DNA of 64,000 bases, taken from a bacterium. GTDB lineage: Bacteria; SM23-31. A model generated the notes under the pieces. That model had not been told where the DNA came from and searched no databases. It saw only the letters and a program-made list of their open reading frames with translations. The DNA lies in contig OZ252239.1 of assembly GCA_965249485.1 (NCBI GenBank), positions 3,584,001-3,648,000 on the forward strand. Direction: 5' to 3'. Made by a program: the position numbers and the translations under genes. Below, in pieces: positions 18,975-30,290 of the stretch (positions are counted from its first letter, which is position 1; every line of letters starts with the position of its first letter).

Positions 18975-20312
18975 TTACTCACGGATAAGGTCTTCTTCGG
19001 ATATGAGAACATAATTGCCGGAGCGGTCATGGTCGGCGAAAATGAAAATCTTTCTGATTTTATAATATGTCCAGATAATCTGGGGAATACTCCTGTCAGT
19101 TGTCCTGAATGTGTTGCTTGCCGAAGTATCTTCACCGCGGTCGGGTTGGCCGTAGAAACAGTATATCCTTCCCCTGTCGGACTTCCATCCCTGAGTACCC
19201 ATATAACTAAAGTTCTCGTTTGCATGATCGACACGCTTAAAGTATTCTTCTGTTAATTCATTCCGCTCTGTATTTGGAGTTGGATCACGCTTTTGCCAGA
19301 ATAAGTCAAAGAATTCCTCTTTTTCCTCAAATGTCATACTATCAATAAAAGAATTATTGTCTTCTGAAAGAATCCATGACATCTGTTCAAGCGCCTCCTC
19401 TGCATTATAGAAGGCTTTTGGAATATTGACCCAGTTTATCTTCATTCTATGACTTATTTCGTTTTTCTTTCCATTGGGATGTTGAACATCACCTCTGAAA
19501 ATATATGATCCGCTCGGGAACGATTTTCCGGTAAAATTTAAGATTACTTCACGAACTGGCCCGGTAAGAAATGTAACTATGTTAGTTTCGCTTTGAAGCA
19601 CATTAGAATCATTCCGGAAATCGGAAATCTGCCAGGTAAATTCGACAGATTGGGAATCCACACTAAAAATCTGTACATATAAAGAAAATCCTTCAATGTA
19701 ATCGATGTCAACGGTGTTATTCATCAAGAATAACTGGTCAAGCAGTGAATCGCTTTGCAGAATCAAGCCTTTAGCAAATACAAGATCGCTCAAACCAACA
19801 TCATTTGTCCAGTAAGAGCGGATTATTTTTGAATCCTCTTTCTGATTTGTCGTATTGAGATCGGTATCGGTCATCTGAACCATAAATTTATAGGATCCCG
19901 GCTTCAGAATAAAATCGACATACTCGAGAACATAATGTGCTTCACTGATCGTTTCATCAAATGAATTGTATTTTATTTCCTGTGTCCAGATACGTGATCC
20001 AGCCACATCGTCATTATTGTCAAAAACATCGATTGATATTTCATAACGTGCAAAAAATGTATCATCTGCTTTCAAAAAGCGAAGAGCATCATTTCGTACA
20101 AATATGAGCACCCGGGCAGTTCCCATATTCGTTGAATCTGATGGTAAATTCAATACTGTAACATCAAATTGATCCTGAATCTCTACAGATTCATCACCTT
20201 GAGCCGCAGCGGATCCGGGGATAAGCAGCAGAAACAGCACACAATATAGTGTTATTAATATAGATGTGCTTTTGTATTGAAAATAAACCATCATTAATAG
20301 ATTGTTTTCCAA
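18975..20312 (-). CDS. GWxTD domain-containing exported protein
   Basis: FWQKRDPTPNTERNE…EYFKRVDHANENF…GWKSDRGRIY; signal peptide. Start uncertain. Confidence 0.85.
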   Translation of the reverse strand: MENNLLMMVYFQYKSTSILITLYCVLFLLLIPGSAAAQGDESVEIQDQFDVTVLNLPSDSTNMGTARVLIFVRNDALRFLKADDTFFARYEISIDVFDNNDDVAGSRIWTQEIKYNSFDETISEAHYVLEYVDFILKPGSYKFMVQMTDTDLNTTNQKEDSKIIRSYWTNDVGLSDLVFAKGLILQSDSLLDQLFLMNNTVDIDYIEGFSLYVQIFSVDSQSVEFTWQISDFRNDSNVLQSETNIVTFLTGPVREVILNFTGKSFPSGSYIFRGDVQHPNGKKNEISHRMKINWVNIPKAFYNAEEALEQMSWILSEDNNSFIDSMTFEEKEEFFDLFWQKRDPTPNTERNELTEEYFKRVDHANENFSYMGTQGWKSDRGRIYCFYGQPDRGEDTSASNTFRTTDRSIPQIIWTYYKIRKIFIFADHDRSGNYVLISEEDLIRE

Positions 20313-20521
20313 GAAGGCAAGGATAAAATTAGGTAGAATCTTTAAAAAAGATAAACAAAAATCCTAAAATTTCATAAGAAAATATTTATTGCTTGAAGAA
20401 ATGATGATGGTTACATTAAATCCAATTAGAAAAGCAATAAATTGTCAACAATAAAACATACTGAATATATGTTAAAGTTCCACCCTGGGAATCCGGTATC
20501 TATATTTCGGTTATACTTCGT

Positions 20522-21490
20522 ATGAAGAGCGATACATATTTTGGATGCATTGATATCGGCGGCACAAAGGTGCGATTAGGACTGGTTAGCCGTGACGGTC
20601 AGGTAATAACTCGAAGAATGTTCCTGACACCTGAAGAGAAAAAATGGGAACTTGTCCTCAATGAGGTCACCGATAGGTTTGTCATAATGCTGGATGAGTT
20701 TGGTACGTCCTTCGATTCAATTTGTGGTGTTGGTGTCGGCTGTCCCGGAACGTTCGATAGCAGAAGAGAATGCATTAGCTTTGCACCAAATCTGCAATGG
20801 AGAAATGTACCGATAAAACGTTATTTAAATTCAAAATTTCCTGTGCCGGTTTGGCTCGAGAACGACACTAATTTGTCAACATTAGGAGTTTCTACTTTCG
20901 GTGAAGGTTCTTCCTCCAACATCCTAATCGGAATTTTTATCGGTACCGGAATCGGAGGCGGACTGATCTTAGAGAATAAATTATTTACCGGTGCTACCGG
21001 CGGAGCGGGAGAAATTGGCCATATGGTCGTTCAAGAAAACGGCCCACTTTGCTACTGCGGCAGCAAAGGATGCATTGAAGCGATTGCGAGTACTCGTACA
21101 CTTTATGATAGAGTGTCTGCCGTAATTTCACAGCATCATGAAGAATCAGGTTTCCATGCGTTTACCAAAAATGATAATAAAAGTTCGGCACTAAAAGACA
21201 TTTACATGTCGGGTGATCCCGAAGCGGTACAGATTATTGATGATGCTTTTACTGTTCTTGGCAGCGGGCTTGTCTCATTGATTAACGTGATCAATCCGGA
21301 CATGATAGTTTTTGGTGGTGGTCTGGCGGAGGCTCTCGGTGATATTATTGTTGAGCGGACATCCGAGGTTGTACGTGCTCAGGCTATGCCAGGAACATTC
21401 GAAGAGGTCTCCATTCTTTGCACAAAACTGGGTGAAGATGCGCCAATTCTCGGTGCTGCTGCACTCGTTTCAACCAAACTTGAAAATTGA
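20522..21490 (+). CDS. ROK family sugar kinase (glucokinase-like)
   Basis: IDIGGTK, LENDTN, GTGIGGG, GEIGH, CYCGSKGCIE. Confidence 0.9.
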   Translation: MKSDTYFGCIDIGGTKVRLGLVSRDGQVITRRMFLTPEEKKWELVLNEVTDRFVIMLDEFGTSFDSICGVGVGCPGTFDSRRECISFAPNLQWRNVPIKRYLNSKFPVPVWLENDTNLSTLGVSTFGEGSSSNILIGIFIGTGIGGGLILENKLFTGATGGAGEIGHMVVQENGPLCYCGSKGCIEAIASTRTLYDRVSAVISQHHEESGFHAFTKNDNKSSALKDIYMSGDPEAVQIIDDAFTVLGSGLVSLINVINPDMIVFGGGLAEALGDIIVERTSEVVRAQAMPGTFEEVSILCTKLGEDAPILGAAALVSTKLEN

Positions 21491-21622
21491 TTGAACTGCA
21501 ACTTTTTTCAAATTGAAGGGTATATTCAAAAGATAATACTATAATATTCAAACACCCATATAGTAGTTAGAATAGAACTGAAATAAATCTTTTTAGTTTT
21601 AGAACTAAGATAATAAAATTTT

Positions 21623-23212
21623 ATGAATTTTTTGCATAAACAAAATACGTGTCTATATCTCGTCTTCGGACTGGTGGGCTTCTTTTTTTATCCAGTAACT
21701 CCTGGAATAGCTCAGCAAACAATAAAATCGATCATGCATACTAATCCCGCACGTGAGGGATATGTCAGGGGTATTCCAGGAATAGGCAGCTATAGTGGTG
21801 ATACATTTGTCCCACTTGAACAATTGGCTTCTCTTTTCGACATTTCGTTGCGGAAGGATGAGCAAATGAAAAAAGTAATGCTGACCGTCGAAGGTGTCAA
21901 CGTTACGGTTGCTGTCGACAATCCTTTTGTTTATGTCGGTAATCAACTTTTTCAAATGCCTCTTGAGGTGCGGGAATTCCGCTCTGAAATCTTTGTGCCT
22001 GTCCGTGAATTTACAACCCTTCTCGACCGGCAGTTACCGGGATCATATACCTATAGCCCGGATTTACGGCTTCTTGAAATTGGATACAACGATGTTATAA
22101 ATATTACCGACTTATATGTTGAAGAAAAAACAAATGGTTCTCTTGTCCATATCGGTACGAGAAAACAATTCAACGAAAACCTGAATTATTGGTTCGATGA
22201 GATCAAGTATAACTTAACGGTCGAATTTTATACCGGAAAACTCGACACCCTGGTCATGACCGATACGGAAACCAGGGGACTTGTACTACGTAACACTGCT
22301 GTTCAGCATCCTGAAATTGCCTCCATCACTTTCAGGCTATCGAGATATGTCGATGACATCAATGTTACGCAAAATCCTCAGAATAACGAAGTATTAGTCA
22401 GCCTATTAAGAAGAGCTTCCGACATATCAATTGATGATTACACCGCTGAACTCGATGAATTTGTCAATACAAATATTGAAGATATTGTCGCAAAAGACCG
22501 TGAAGCTTGGAGTGTTAATACTATTGTTATCGATCCTGGACATGGTGGCAAGGATCCGGGGACAATAAATGATAGCGGTCTCTACGAAAAGGATATCGTT
22601 CTCGATATCGCACGATTTCTCGGTAATCTGATACGAAAAAGCAATCTTGTTGAGAATGTAGTCTATACGAGAACATCGGATGAGTTTGTTTCGCTCAAGA
22701 AACGATCGGAAATTGCGAACAATTCCAGCGGGAAATTGTTTATCAGCATTCACATAAACGCAAATAAAAGCAAATCTGTGCATGGTTTTGAGACTTATTT
22801 CCTGCACCCTGGGAAGAATCAGGATGCACTTGACGTTCTTGAAGTAGTACAGCGGGAAAACAACGTCATCGATCTTTATGAAAGCAGTGATCCCAACCGT
22901 GCATTCACTGAAGAAGAAATGATGATCCTATCAATGACACAAAATGCATTTGCAAAAGAAAGCGAGCAGCTTGCAACATTTATTTCAAACGGCATCGGAA
23001 GGAAAGTTAATTGGACCAACAAGGGTGTAAAGCAGGCCGGATTCGTTGTTCTTTGGGGAGTCTCGATGCCGAATGTTCTGGTCGAGGCCGGATTCATCAC
23101 AAATGATCAGAATCGACGCGACCTCCAATCACTAACGGTGAAGCATCGTATCGCTGAAGGTATTTTTGAAGGAATTCGCAGATTTATCGAAGAAATGCGG
23201 AGCGAAGATTAG
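21623..23212 (+). CDS. N-acetylmuramoyl-L-alanine amidase (Amidase_3)
   Basis: IDPGHGGKDPG, EK, FISIHIN, MPNVLVEAGF; signal peptide. Confidence 0.9.
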   Translation: MNFLHKQNTCLYLVFGLVGFFFYPVTPGIAQQTIKSIMHTNPAREGYVRGIPGIGSYSGDTFVPLEQLASLFDISLRKDEQMKKVMLTVEGVNVTVAVDNPFVYVGNQLFQMPLEVREFRSEIFVPVREFTTLLDRQLPGSYTYSPDLRLLEIGYNDVINITDLYVEEKTNGSLVHIGTRKQFNENLNYWFDEIKYNLTVEFYTGKLDTLVMTDTETRGLVLRNTAVQHPEIASITFRLSRYVDDINVTQNPQNNEVLVSLLRRASDISIDDYTAELDEFVNTNIEDIVAKDREAWSVNTIVIDPGHGGKDPGTINDSGLYEKDIVLDIARFLGNLIRKSNLVENVVYTRTSDEFVSLKKRSEIANNSSGKLFISIHINANKSKSVHGFETYFLHPGKNQDALDVLEVVQRENNVIDLYESSDPNRAFTEEEMMILSMTQNAFAKESEQLATFISNGIGRKVNWTNKGVKQAGFVVLWGVSMPNVLVEAGFITNDQNRRDLQSLTVKHRIAEGIFEGIRRFIEEMRSED

Positions 23213-23366
23213 TACTTCACATTCATTGGGATTATATAAAATCAATCTTACTATGATTTGAACACTCAACGCTTTTCTATTGTATCAACAGCAGAACAAT
23301 TTTACTTCATTAATCCTTCTTATACATTATTATTGTGTCAGCCTCTAACCTCTCAGGAGACTCATT

Positions 23367-26300
23367 ATGAATCGTATTGCAACCACTGTTTTTTTCGCCG
23401 TTCTTCTTTTTACGGCGACCTCGATCATTGACAGCAATTTTGTAAGTGAAAGTTTTGCTCAGGCAAGAACAGAGAATGATGCGATAGAATCCGATCACTT
23501 GTCCAAATTAATGGAATGGCGTAATATAGGGCCGGCACGGGGTGGCAGAGTGCTCGGTGTTGCAGGGTCGGTAACGAATGAAAATCTCTTTTTCATGGGT
23601 ACTACTGGCGGCGGTGTGTGGAAAACAACCAATGCCGGAAAAACGTGGAAATCGATTGGAAAATCAATAAAAGTCGGATCGATCGGGGATATTGATATTG
23701 CCCAATCCGATTCAAACATTGTCTATGTTGGAACTGGAGAAGGGTGCATTAGAGGAAATGTCAGTCACGGCGACGGTGTGTATAAATCGGTTAATGGTGG
23801 TACTACCTGGGAACATATCGGACTGTCTGAAAGCCGCCATATAGGGAGATTGATGATTCATCCTGAAAATCCGGATATAGTTTTTGTTGCTGCATTGGGA
23901 CATGTTTATGCTCCGCCTGACGGCGACCGCGGTGAACACGGTCTCTTTAAAACAACCGACGGTGGCAAAACGTGGAGAAATGTCCTGCCCGGTACAAATA
24001 ACCGGACCGGCGCAATCGACATCGACATAAATTTCAGTAACCCGGATATCATGTTTGCATCGCTCTATGAAACGTTCAGAAATTCATACACGATGTCTTC
24101 GGGCGGATCAGGTTCCGGACTCTATAAGACTGTTGACGGTGGTGAAAACTGGATAAAAGTGACCGGAGGCGGATTCCCCGGCGGCCTGCTCGGCAAAATC
24201 GGTATATCGATTTCACAGTCCGAGCCCGATCGTATTTATGCAATGGTCGAGTCAGAAGTCGGCGGTATGTACCGGTCCGATGATGGCGGTGAAACCTGGT
24301 TATTAACCAATAATGATCGGGATAAACGGCAGCGTGCCTGGTATTATACACATGTAACTGCCGATCCTCTCAACAAAGATGTGGTCTATGTTCTCAATAC
24401 AAGAATTCTGAAATCGGAAGACGGTGGTGAAACATTTACGATGCACAGGCCGCCTCATGGTGATTTACATGCACTCTGGATCGATCCGAATGACAGCAAC
24501 AGGATGATCAACGGTAACGATGGTGGTGCAAATGTTTCTACTGACGGGGGCAAGACATGGACTGGTCTACAGTATCCAACCGCTCAGTTTTATCATGTAT
24601 TAACCGATGATGATTATCCTTATAACGTTTATGGCGCTCAGCAGGATAATAGCACAATCAAGATTTCGAGTGCAAGTACCCTCAGTGATTTTAGCTGGCA
24701 CTCTGTCGGCGGCGGTGAAAGCGGGCATATTGCCCCCCATCCATTGGATTCCGACATCGTGTTTGCAGGTAGTTACGACGGCCTGATTACACGTTATGAC
24801 CATAAAACCAAGACAACTCGAAATATTCACCCCTGGCCGGATAATCCTATGGGATGGGGCGCAGCAGATCTCAAATACCGGATTCAATGGACGGCGCCGA
24901 TCCATATATCGAAACACGATCCGACAAAACTATATCATGCCGGTAATGTACTGTTCATGTCGACCGATGAAGGAGAAAGCTGGAACATTATCAGCCCTGA
25001 TCTGACACGAAATGACAAGAGCAAACAGGGGCCATCAGGTGGATCGATCACACACGATAACACAAGTGTCGAATATTACAATACAATATTTTCTCTTTCT
25101 GAATCGCCGATGCGAGAAGGTGTAATCTGGGCTGGGACTGATGACGGCCTTGTGCACCTTACTCTCAATGGCGGGGAAACATGGACTGAAATAACGCCGC
25201 CTCAGATGCCGGAATGGAGTCTGATATCGAGCGTTGAAGCCTCAGCTTTCGACATCGGAACCGCATATATCGCTGTTGACAGGCATGAACTCGATGATTA
25301 TGAGGCATATGCGTATAAGACAACCGATTTCGGGGAAACATGGACTGAAATTAATAACGGATTCCGGGAAAACGATTTTCTCAGGGTCATCCGGGAAGAT
25401 CCCAATAAAAATGGCGTGCTCTATGCAGGAACTGAAACTGGCATTTATTATTCAATTGACAGCGGTACAAACTGGACGAGTCTTCAACTAAATCTTCCTG
25501 TTGTTCCGGTGCATGACCTTTCCGTGAAACGGAACGACCTTGTAGCTGGGACGCATGGGCGATCATTCTGGATTCTTGACGATCTCAAGGTCATTCATCA
25601 GCTCATAGATAATGACGTGCAAAATGGAATCCTTTTGAAACCTGATGACACTATCCGCTGGGCTGGACGGGGAGGAAACAACATTACGTTTCAATATTAT
25701 CTTGATTCTAAACCCCGTGATACTATCTCACTTGAAATTCTGGAAGAGGACGGAGACATCATAAAAACAATAGAAAGCGGTCAGGACGGAGTAAGTCTTC
25801 CCGATTCTCTCGGCTGGAACAGTTTTGAATGGGACTTACGGTATGCAGATACCGATACAGTGCCCGGACATCCGATGTGGGCAGCGACAACTCGGGGACC
25901 AGTAGCAGTTCCGGGAAACTACTTGGCTCGTCTTAACACTCGGAGAACGAATGAAGAGATTACATTCAAAATTTCAATTGACCCGCGAATGGACTCAACT
26001 CCCCAGCAGCTTCAGCGGCAGTTTGATCTTCTAATACAGATACGCGACAAAGTCACACTCGCACATAGCTCCGTTAATCAGCTGCGTAGTATCATTGAAG
26101 CCCTGAATAAAATGAAAGAAAAGACCGATAGCCGAAGTCTCAGGAATAGAATTGATGATATTTTTAATACATTAAGCGAGATCGAGGCAAATATACTGCA
26201 AGTAAAATCTAAAAGTCGACAGGATCCGTTGAACTTTCCGGTAAAGGTCAATAATAAACTGGCTGCCCTGTCGAATACTGTTTCAGCTTCATATTACGCT

Positions 26301-26462
26301 CCTACAAAACAATCGTACGAAGTTTTTCACATGCTGTCTGTTGAACTTGACGGATATATTGAACAATACAATGCTGTTATATCGGATGATATTCCGGAGC
26401 TTAACGAACGTGCACAGCGAGAAAATGTTGCGCCGATCGACATTGATATGCTGGAAAAATAA
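23367..26462 (+). CDS. Secreted VPS10/sortilin-like BNR (Asp-box) repeat protein (putative glycosyl hydrolase)
   Basis: WRNIGPARGGR and many S/TxDGGxTW Asp-boxes, GTHGRSFWILD. Confidence 0.85.
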   Translation: MNRIATTVFFAVLLFTATSIIDSNFVSESFAQARTENDAIESDHLSKLMEWRNIGPARGGRVLGVAGSVTNENLFFMGTTGGGVWKTTNAGKTWKSIGKSIKVGSIGDIDIAQSDSNIVYVGTGEGCIRGNVSHGDGVYKSVNGGTTWEHIGLSESRHIGRLMIHPENPDIVFVAALGHVYAPPDGDRGEHGLFKTTDGGKTWRNVLPGTNNRTGAIDIDINFSNPDIMFASLYETFRNSYTMSSGGSGSGLYKTVDGGENWIKVTGGGFPGGLLGKIGISISQSEPDRIYAMVESEVGGMYRSDDGGETWLLTNNDRDKRQRAWYYTHVTADPLNKDVVYVLNTRILKSEDGGETFTMHRPPHGDLHALWIDPNDSNRMINGNDGGANVSTDGGKTWTGLQYPTAQFYHVLTDDDYPYNVYGAQQDNSTIKISSASTLSDFSWHSVGGGESGHIAPHPLDSDIVFAGSYDGLITRYDHKTKTTRNIHPWPDNPMGWGAADLKYRIQWTAPIHISKHDPTKLYHAGNVLFMSTDEGESWNIISPDLTRNDKSKQGPSGGSITHDNTSVEYYNTIFSLSESPMREGVIWAGTDDGLVHLTLNGGETWTEITPPQMPEWSLISSVEASAFDIGTAYIAVDRHELDDYEAYAYKTTDFGETWTEINNGFRENDFLRVIREDPNKNGVLYAGTETGIYYSIDSGTNWTSLQLNLPVVPVHDLSVKRNDLVAGTHGRSFWILDDLKVIHQLIDNDVQNGILLKPDDTIRWAGRGGNNITFQYYLDSKPRDTISLEILEEDGDIIKTIESGQDGVSLPDSLGWNSFEWDLRYADTDTVPGHPMWAATTRGPVAVPGNYLARLNTRRTNEEITFKISIDPRMDSTPQQLQRQFDLLIQIRDKVTLAHSSVNQLRSIIEALNKMKEKTDSRSLRNRIDDIFNTLSEIEANILQVKSKSRQDPLNFPVKVNNKLAALSNTVSASYYAPTKQSYEVFHMLSVELDGYIEQYNAVISDDIPELNERAQRENVAPIDIDMLEK

Positions 26463-26525
26463 TTGAATGATTTTGTGGAATTATTGTATTGGTAAATATG
26501 TTACTATTTTCTTGCCGGAGGATAC

Positions 26526-27680
26526 ATGAATAAATCATTATATAGATTACTTTTATGTGCATTTTCAATATTACTTCTTGCATTTTCATTACCTGCACAT
26601 GCACAGATCTTTAATCCGTTCAGCGGACGGCCGGGTATGCAGCTTGACCGGCTTACATTGCCGGAAGGATTTCAGATTGACATCTATGCCGAGGGTGTCC
26701 GCGGTGCACGTTCTATGGCATTGAGTCCTGACGGTGTGCTCTATGTTGGCTCCCGCCGTGACATGCTCTATGCTATTGTCGACAGAGATAAAGATTTTAA
26801 AGCTGATGAAGTGATTATTATTGCCGATGGTCTAACCAGCCCAAACGGAGTTGAATTTATTGAGGGCAATCTTTATGTAGCGGAGCGGCACCGTATCATT
26901 CGATATGATGATATAGAAAGTAGATTAGACGATCCACCTACTCCCGTTGTTCTGAATCAGGAGTTTCCTAACCATCGACATCACGGCTGGAAATATCTCA
27001 GACTCGGCCCCGATAATAAACTCTATTTTAACAACGGCGCCCCGTGCAATGTCTGCGAACCGGAAGATCTTTTTGCCTCAATTTTGAGAATGGATAGAGA
27101 CGGAAGTAATCTGGAAGTATTTGTTCACGGTGTACGGGAATCGGTTGGAATGGACTGGGACCCCCGTACCGACGATCTCTGGTTTACCGATAACGGAAGA
27201 GATGAACTCGGTGACGAAATTCCACCAGAAGAATTGAACCATGCGCCAAGCCAAGGACTTCATTTCGGATTCCCATATTTTTTCGGGAAGGATGTCGTTG
27301 ACCCCGAATTCGGACATAAACGTGACATAAGTGAGTTTCAGCCGACAATGGTGGAAATCCCCGCACATTCCGCGGCTATCGGTATGCGGTTCTACACAGG
27401 AGATATGTTCCCGGAAAAATACCGGAACGGTATCTTCATTGCGGAGCACGGATCATGGAATAGAAGTCCTGCCGTTGATTATAATGGTTACAGAGTATCA
27501 TTTGTTACTATTGAGAATAATAAAGTGGTAAATTATGAGCCGTTTGTTGAAGGCTGGCTGCTCGATGATGGTCGGAAACGATTCGGACGACCGGTTGATG
27601 TTCGGGTGATGCTCGACGGTTCACTGCTTGTTTCTGATGATTTTGCAGGTGTTATATATCGTATCTCATATAATCCTTAA
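26526..27680 (+). CDS. PQQ-dependent glucose/sorbosone dehydrogenase family
   Basis: HHGWK, GAPCNVC, DNGRD, AEHGSWNRS, GRPVDV, LLVSDD. Confidence 0.85.
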   Translation: MNKSLYRLLLCAFSILLLAFSLPAHAQIFNPFSGRPGMQLDRLTLPEGFQIDIYAEGVRGARSMALSPDGVLYVGSRRDMLYAIVDRDKDFKADEVIIIADGLTSPNGVEFIEGNLYVAERHRIIRYDDIESRLDDPPTPVVLNQEFPNHRHHGWKYLRLGPDNKLYFNNGAPCNVCEPEDLFASILRMDRDGSNLEVFVHGVRESVGMDWDPRTDDLWFTDNGRDELGDEIPPEELNHAPSQGLHFGFPYFFGKDVVDPEFGHKRDISEFQPTMVEIPAHSAAIGMRFYTGDMFPEKYRNGIFIAEHGSWNRSPAVDYNGYRVSFVTIENNKVVNYEPFVEGWLLDDGRKRFGRPVDVRVMLDGSLLVSDDFAGVIYRISYNP

Positions 27681-27794
27681 ATGAGATTTTTATTTTACTG
27701 TATCAAACAATAATTGAATACTATCATATAAAAGGATGGGCTGCAACAGCCTGTCCTTTTTATATTGAATAGCTTGCACAATACATTATCGGTT

Positions 27795-28665
27795 CTATTT
27801 CCGAGAAGATTTCGCATTAAGAAATGAAGTGATATCAGAGTGACATAATATTCCCCGTTCAGTAATGACCTGAATTTCTTCCGAGATGGGAATTGCTTCA
27901 AAATATCTGTTTTTAATTCTAATATGTTCTGATTTCGTAGAAAGAATTTCACCGGGAGGCTGCTCATCAACTGTAAGTGGGTAGAATTTCTGAGCAAGAA
28001 TCTTGTCGGTTGTGGCAGCAACATAGACCGGAATATTCTGTTTCAATGCAAGGTAGACAAGGAGTGCTGATCCAATCGGTACCGAGAATGAGACACTGTG
28101 CAGCTGCGAGGTAATGGTACAGTTGCACATCGATCACCAGCGTAACCGGTATCTTTTTACGTGCCAGTGCTTTTGCAAATCGGATTCCTTCTTTGTTTGG
28201 ACGTGCTTCAGAAAGAATTACTGAAAACGGTATGTTAAGGTTTTGCGCTTCAAGGAAAAGCATTTCTACAGAACAGCTTCTGCTATAGGTCACGATTTTC
28301 ATATTAGGGAAAATAATACCGGATGCTTTCTCTCCAAGATAGGTAAGATTGCGTTGAGCTTCTCTGTTTTCACGGGTGATAATTTTCAAAAGCTGCTCTC
28401 GTATTACTTCTGTTTCCTGATTCTTGAAATCAATTTGTTCGATAGTTCTGCAAGTCCGTTGATACGCTATTCGCAATGAAGCCATAAACGGCTGTGCATC
28501 GATTATATCCTTCCATAAAATATGGTAGTCACGGATCAGAATTTCTCTATCCTGTGTATCGGTTTTTTTCAGGTATGTAGCTACTGTTTTGAGACTTTCT
28601 GAGGTCAGTTCGGCAGCACCCGATAAGTGGTCATGTGCGATGTCACTCGGAGTTTTGTATTTCAT
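27795..28665 (-). pseudogene. eIF-2B alpha/beta/delta / ribose-1,5-bisphosphate isomerase-like protein, frameshifted at about 28066-28076
   Basis: SGAAEL, QPFMASL, TYSRS, EARPNKEG, LILGTDW in one frame; IGSALL…IPVYVAATTDK…NRYFE…ITERG in another. The NK of the NKIG motif is missing. Confidence 0.75.
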
Positions 28666-28826
28666 GTCCGTCTATTGTGTCTGATGCCTGTTGTGCATAC
28701 GTTTATAGCCCAACGTAATAATACAATTGAATAGAGCAGCACTTTTCCTTTGTCGATAGGAAAGAAATTCGTTACTTTTTAATATATTATTAACAATAAA
28801 TAATAACTTTCTCCAAATATTAATGT

Positions 28827-30062
28827 ATGACATATCGTAGCAAATTTCAAGACAACCAGGATATTATTTCGAATAAATGGTCAATGTATTTTCATATCCC
28901 TTATTGTGAACACCGTTGCAATTATTGTGATTTTTTCACAACAGCATCTTCAGACACGGGAGTAATCAATAACTATCTTTCTTATCTATCTCGGGAATTG
29001 GATATTTTTTTAATGTCTTCTGTCGGACAGGATATAACAATAAAATCGATCTATTTTGGAGGTGGTACTCCTTCATATGTTCCCTCCGAGGCTATTACCG
29101 GAATCGTCAAGCAAATTGCTTCCTCGTGTAGTTTTGCCGATTCTGCTGAAATCACCGTAGAGATGAATCCGAAATCTGCTCTCCGTGAAAAGCTTGAAAT
29201 GTACAAAATGTCCGGGATCAACCGCATTTCACTTGGTGTCCAATCACTCCAATCTGGTGAACTTTCTTCACTCGAAAGAATTCACAGCGCCAATGAATGT
29301 TTTGAAACAGTAAAGGCAGCTCGTGATACTGGATTTAACAATATAAGTATCGATGTCATGTTCGGCATTCCCGGCCAGACAATGAACTCCTGGATGGATA
29401 CACTTGAGGGTATTCTTGAAATGGAGCCAGAACATATTTCATTCTACGCGTTGATGTTGGAACGGGATACTAAGATGACGAAACTGGTGGATCAGGGAAA
29501 AATAATTCTACCCGATGATGAAGTGACCGCAGAGAAATATTGCGCTGCAATTGAAAAATTGAACTCATACCACTATGATCATTATGAAGTATCTAGCTGT
29601 GCCCTTCCCGGTTATCAATCTCAACACAACTCCCGGTACTGGAGTTGTCATTCGTACAAAGGATTTGGTATGTCTGCCCATTCATTCCATCACCCCGAAC
29701 GATCATGGAACACCTGCAATTATACTGTCTATTTCGACAATATAGATAATGGTGTACTTCCTACATCCGGCTCTGAACAATTAACCGAATTGCAGCAGAT
29801 GAATGAAGAAATCATGCTCAGGCTGCGAATGAAAGAAGGGCTTAACCGAACTAAATTCCAAAAACGTTTCGGCACTCAAAACGCAGACACACTTTTTTAC
29901 GCTATCGAGCACCTTACAGATGATGCCTCTCTTGCCCGGTTTATGAAGTATAATTCCCATTCCACAAGTCTTACAACCGAAGGACTCTTTGTCTCCGATT
30001 CAATTATTTCACACCTTCTTTTTACCGAAAAAAGTATAATAATTGCAAAAAATGTCTCCTGA
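28827..30062 (+). CDS. hemW: Radical SAM heme chaperone HemW
   Basis: YFHIPYCEHRCNYCDF, YFGGGTPS, RISLGVQS, YEVS, HNSRYW. Confidence 0.85.
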   Translation: MTYRSKFQDNQDIISNKWSMYFHIPYCEHRCNYCDFFTTASSDTGVINNYLSYLSRELDIFLMSSVGQDITIKSIYFGGGTPSYVPSEAITGIVKQIASSCSFADSAEITVEMNPKSALREKLEMYKMSGINRISLGVQSLQSGELSSLERIHSANECFETVKAARDTGFNNISIDVMFGIPGQTMNSWMDTLEGILEMEPEHISFYALMLERDTKMTKLVDQGKIILPDDEVTAEKYCAAIEKLNSYHYDHYEVSSCALPGYQSQHNSRYWSCHSYKGFGMSAHSFHHPERSWNTCNYTVYFDNIDNGVLPTSGSEQLTELQQMNEEIMLRLRMKEGLNRTKFQKRFGTQNADTLFYAIEHLTDDASLARFMKYNSHSTSLTTEGLFVSDSIISHLLFTEKSIIIAKNVS

Positions 30063-30112
30063 TTCGAAAATATTTCTACTTTTTTCACCTCCGACATCTA
30101 TCAACAAGGACA

Positions 30113-30159
30113 ACACAACTTGTAGTGTAACAATGATTTACATAAACTATATGAAGTGC
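30113..30159. promoter_or_regulatory. Tandem NrdR-box-like sites
   Basis: ACACAACTTGTAGTGT (30113-30128) and AAACTATATGAAGTGC (30144-30159) resemble acaCwAtATaTwGtgt; start-to-start spacing is 31 bp. Confidence 0.55.
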
Positions 30160-30251
30160 TAATTAATGTTATCAATCTAACTTTTATTCCACTCAAAACA
30201 TCGCCCTCTTTAAGCCATTTCTACTTATTTATTAAAATACTGCTTTTTTTC

Positions 30252-30280
30252 TTGACAATTAAAAAAAAATAGGTTATTAT
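30252..30280 (+). promoter_or_regulatory. Sigma70 promoter of the dcw cluster
   Basis: TTGACA-17 bp-TATTAT. Confidence 0.75.
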
Positions 30281-30290
30281 TGCACAAGTT

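Noticed and set aside
23367..26462. Internal repeats in the 1031-aa protein as a novel repeat system
   Set aside because: They are standard Asp-box/BNR beta-propeller repeats.
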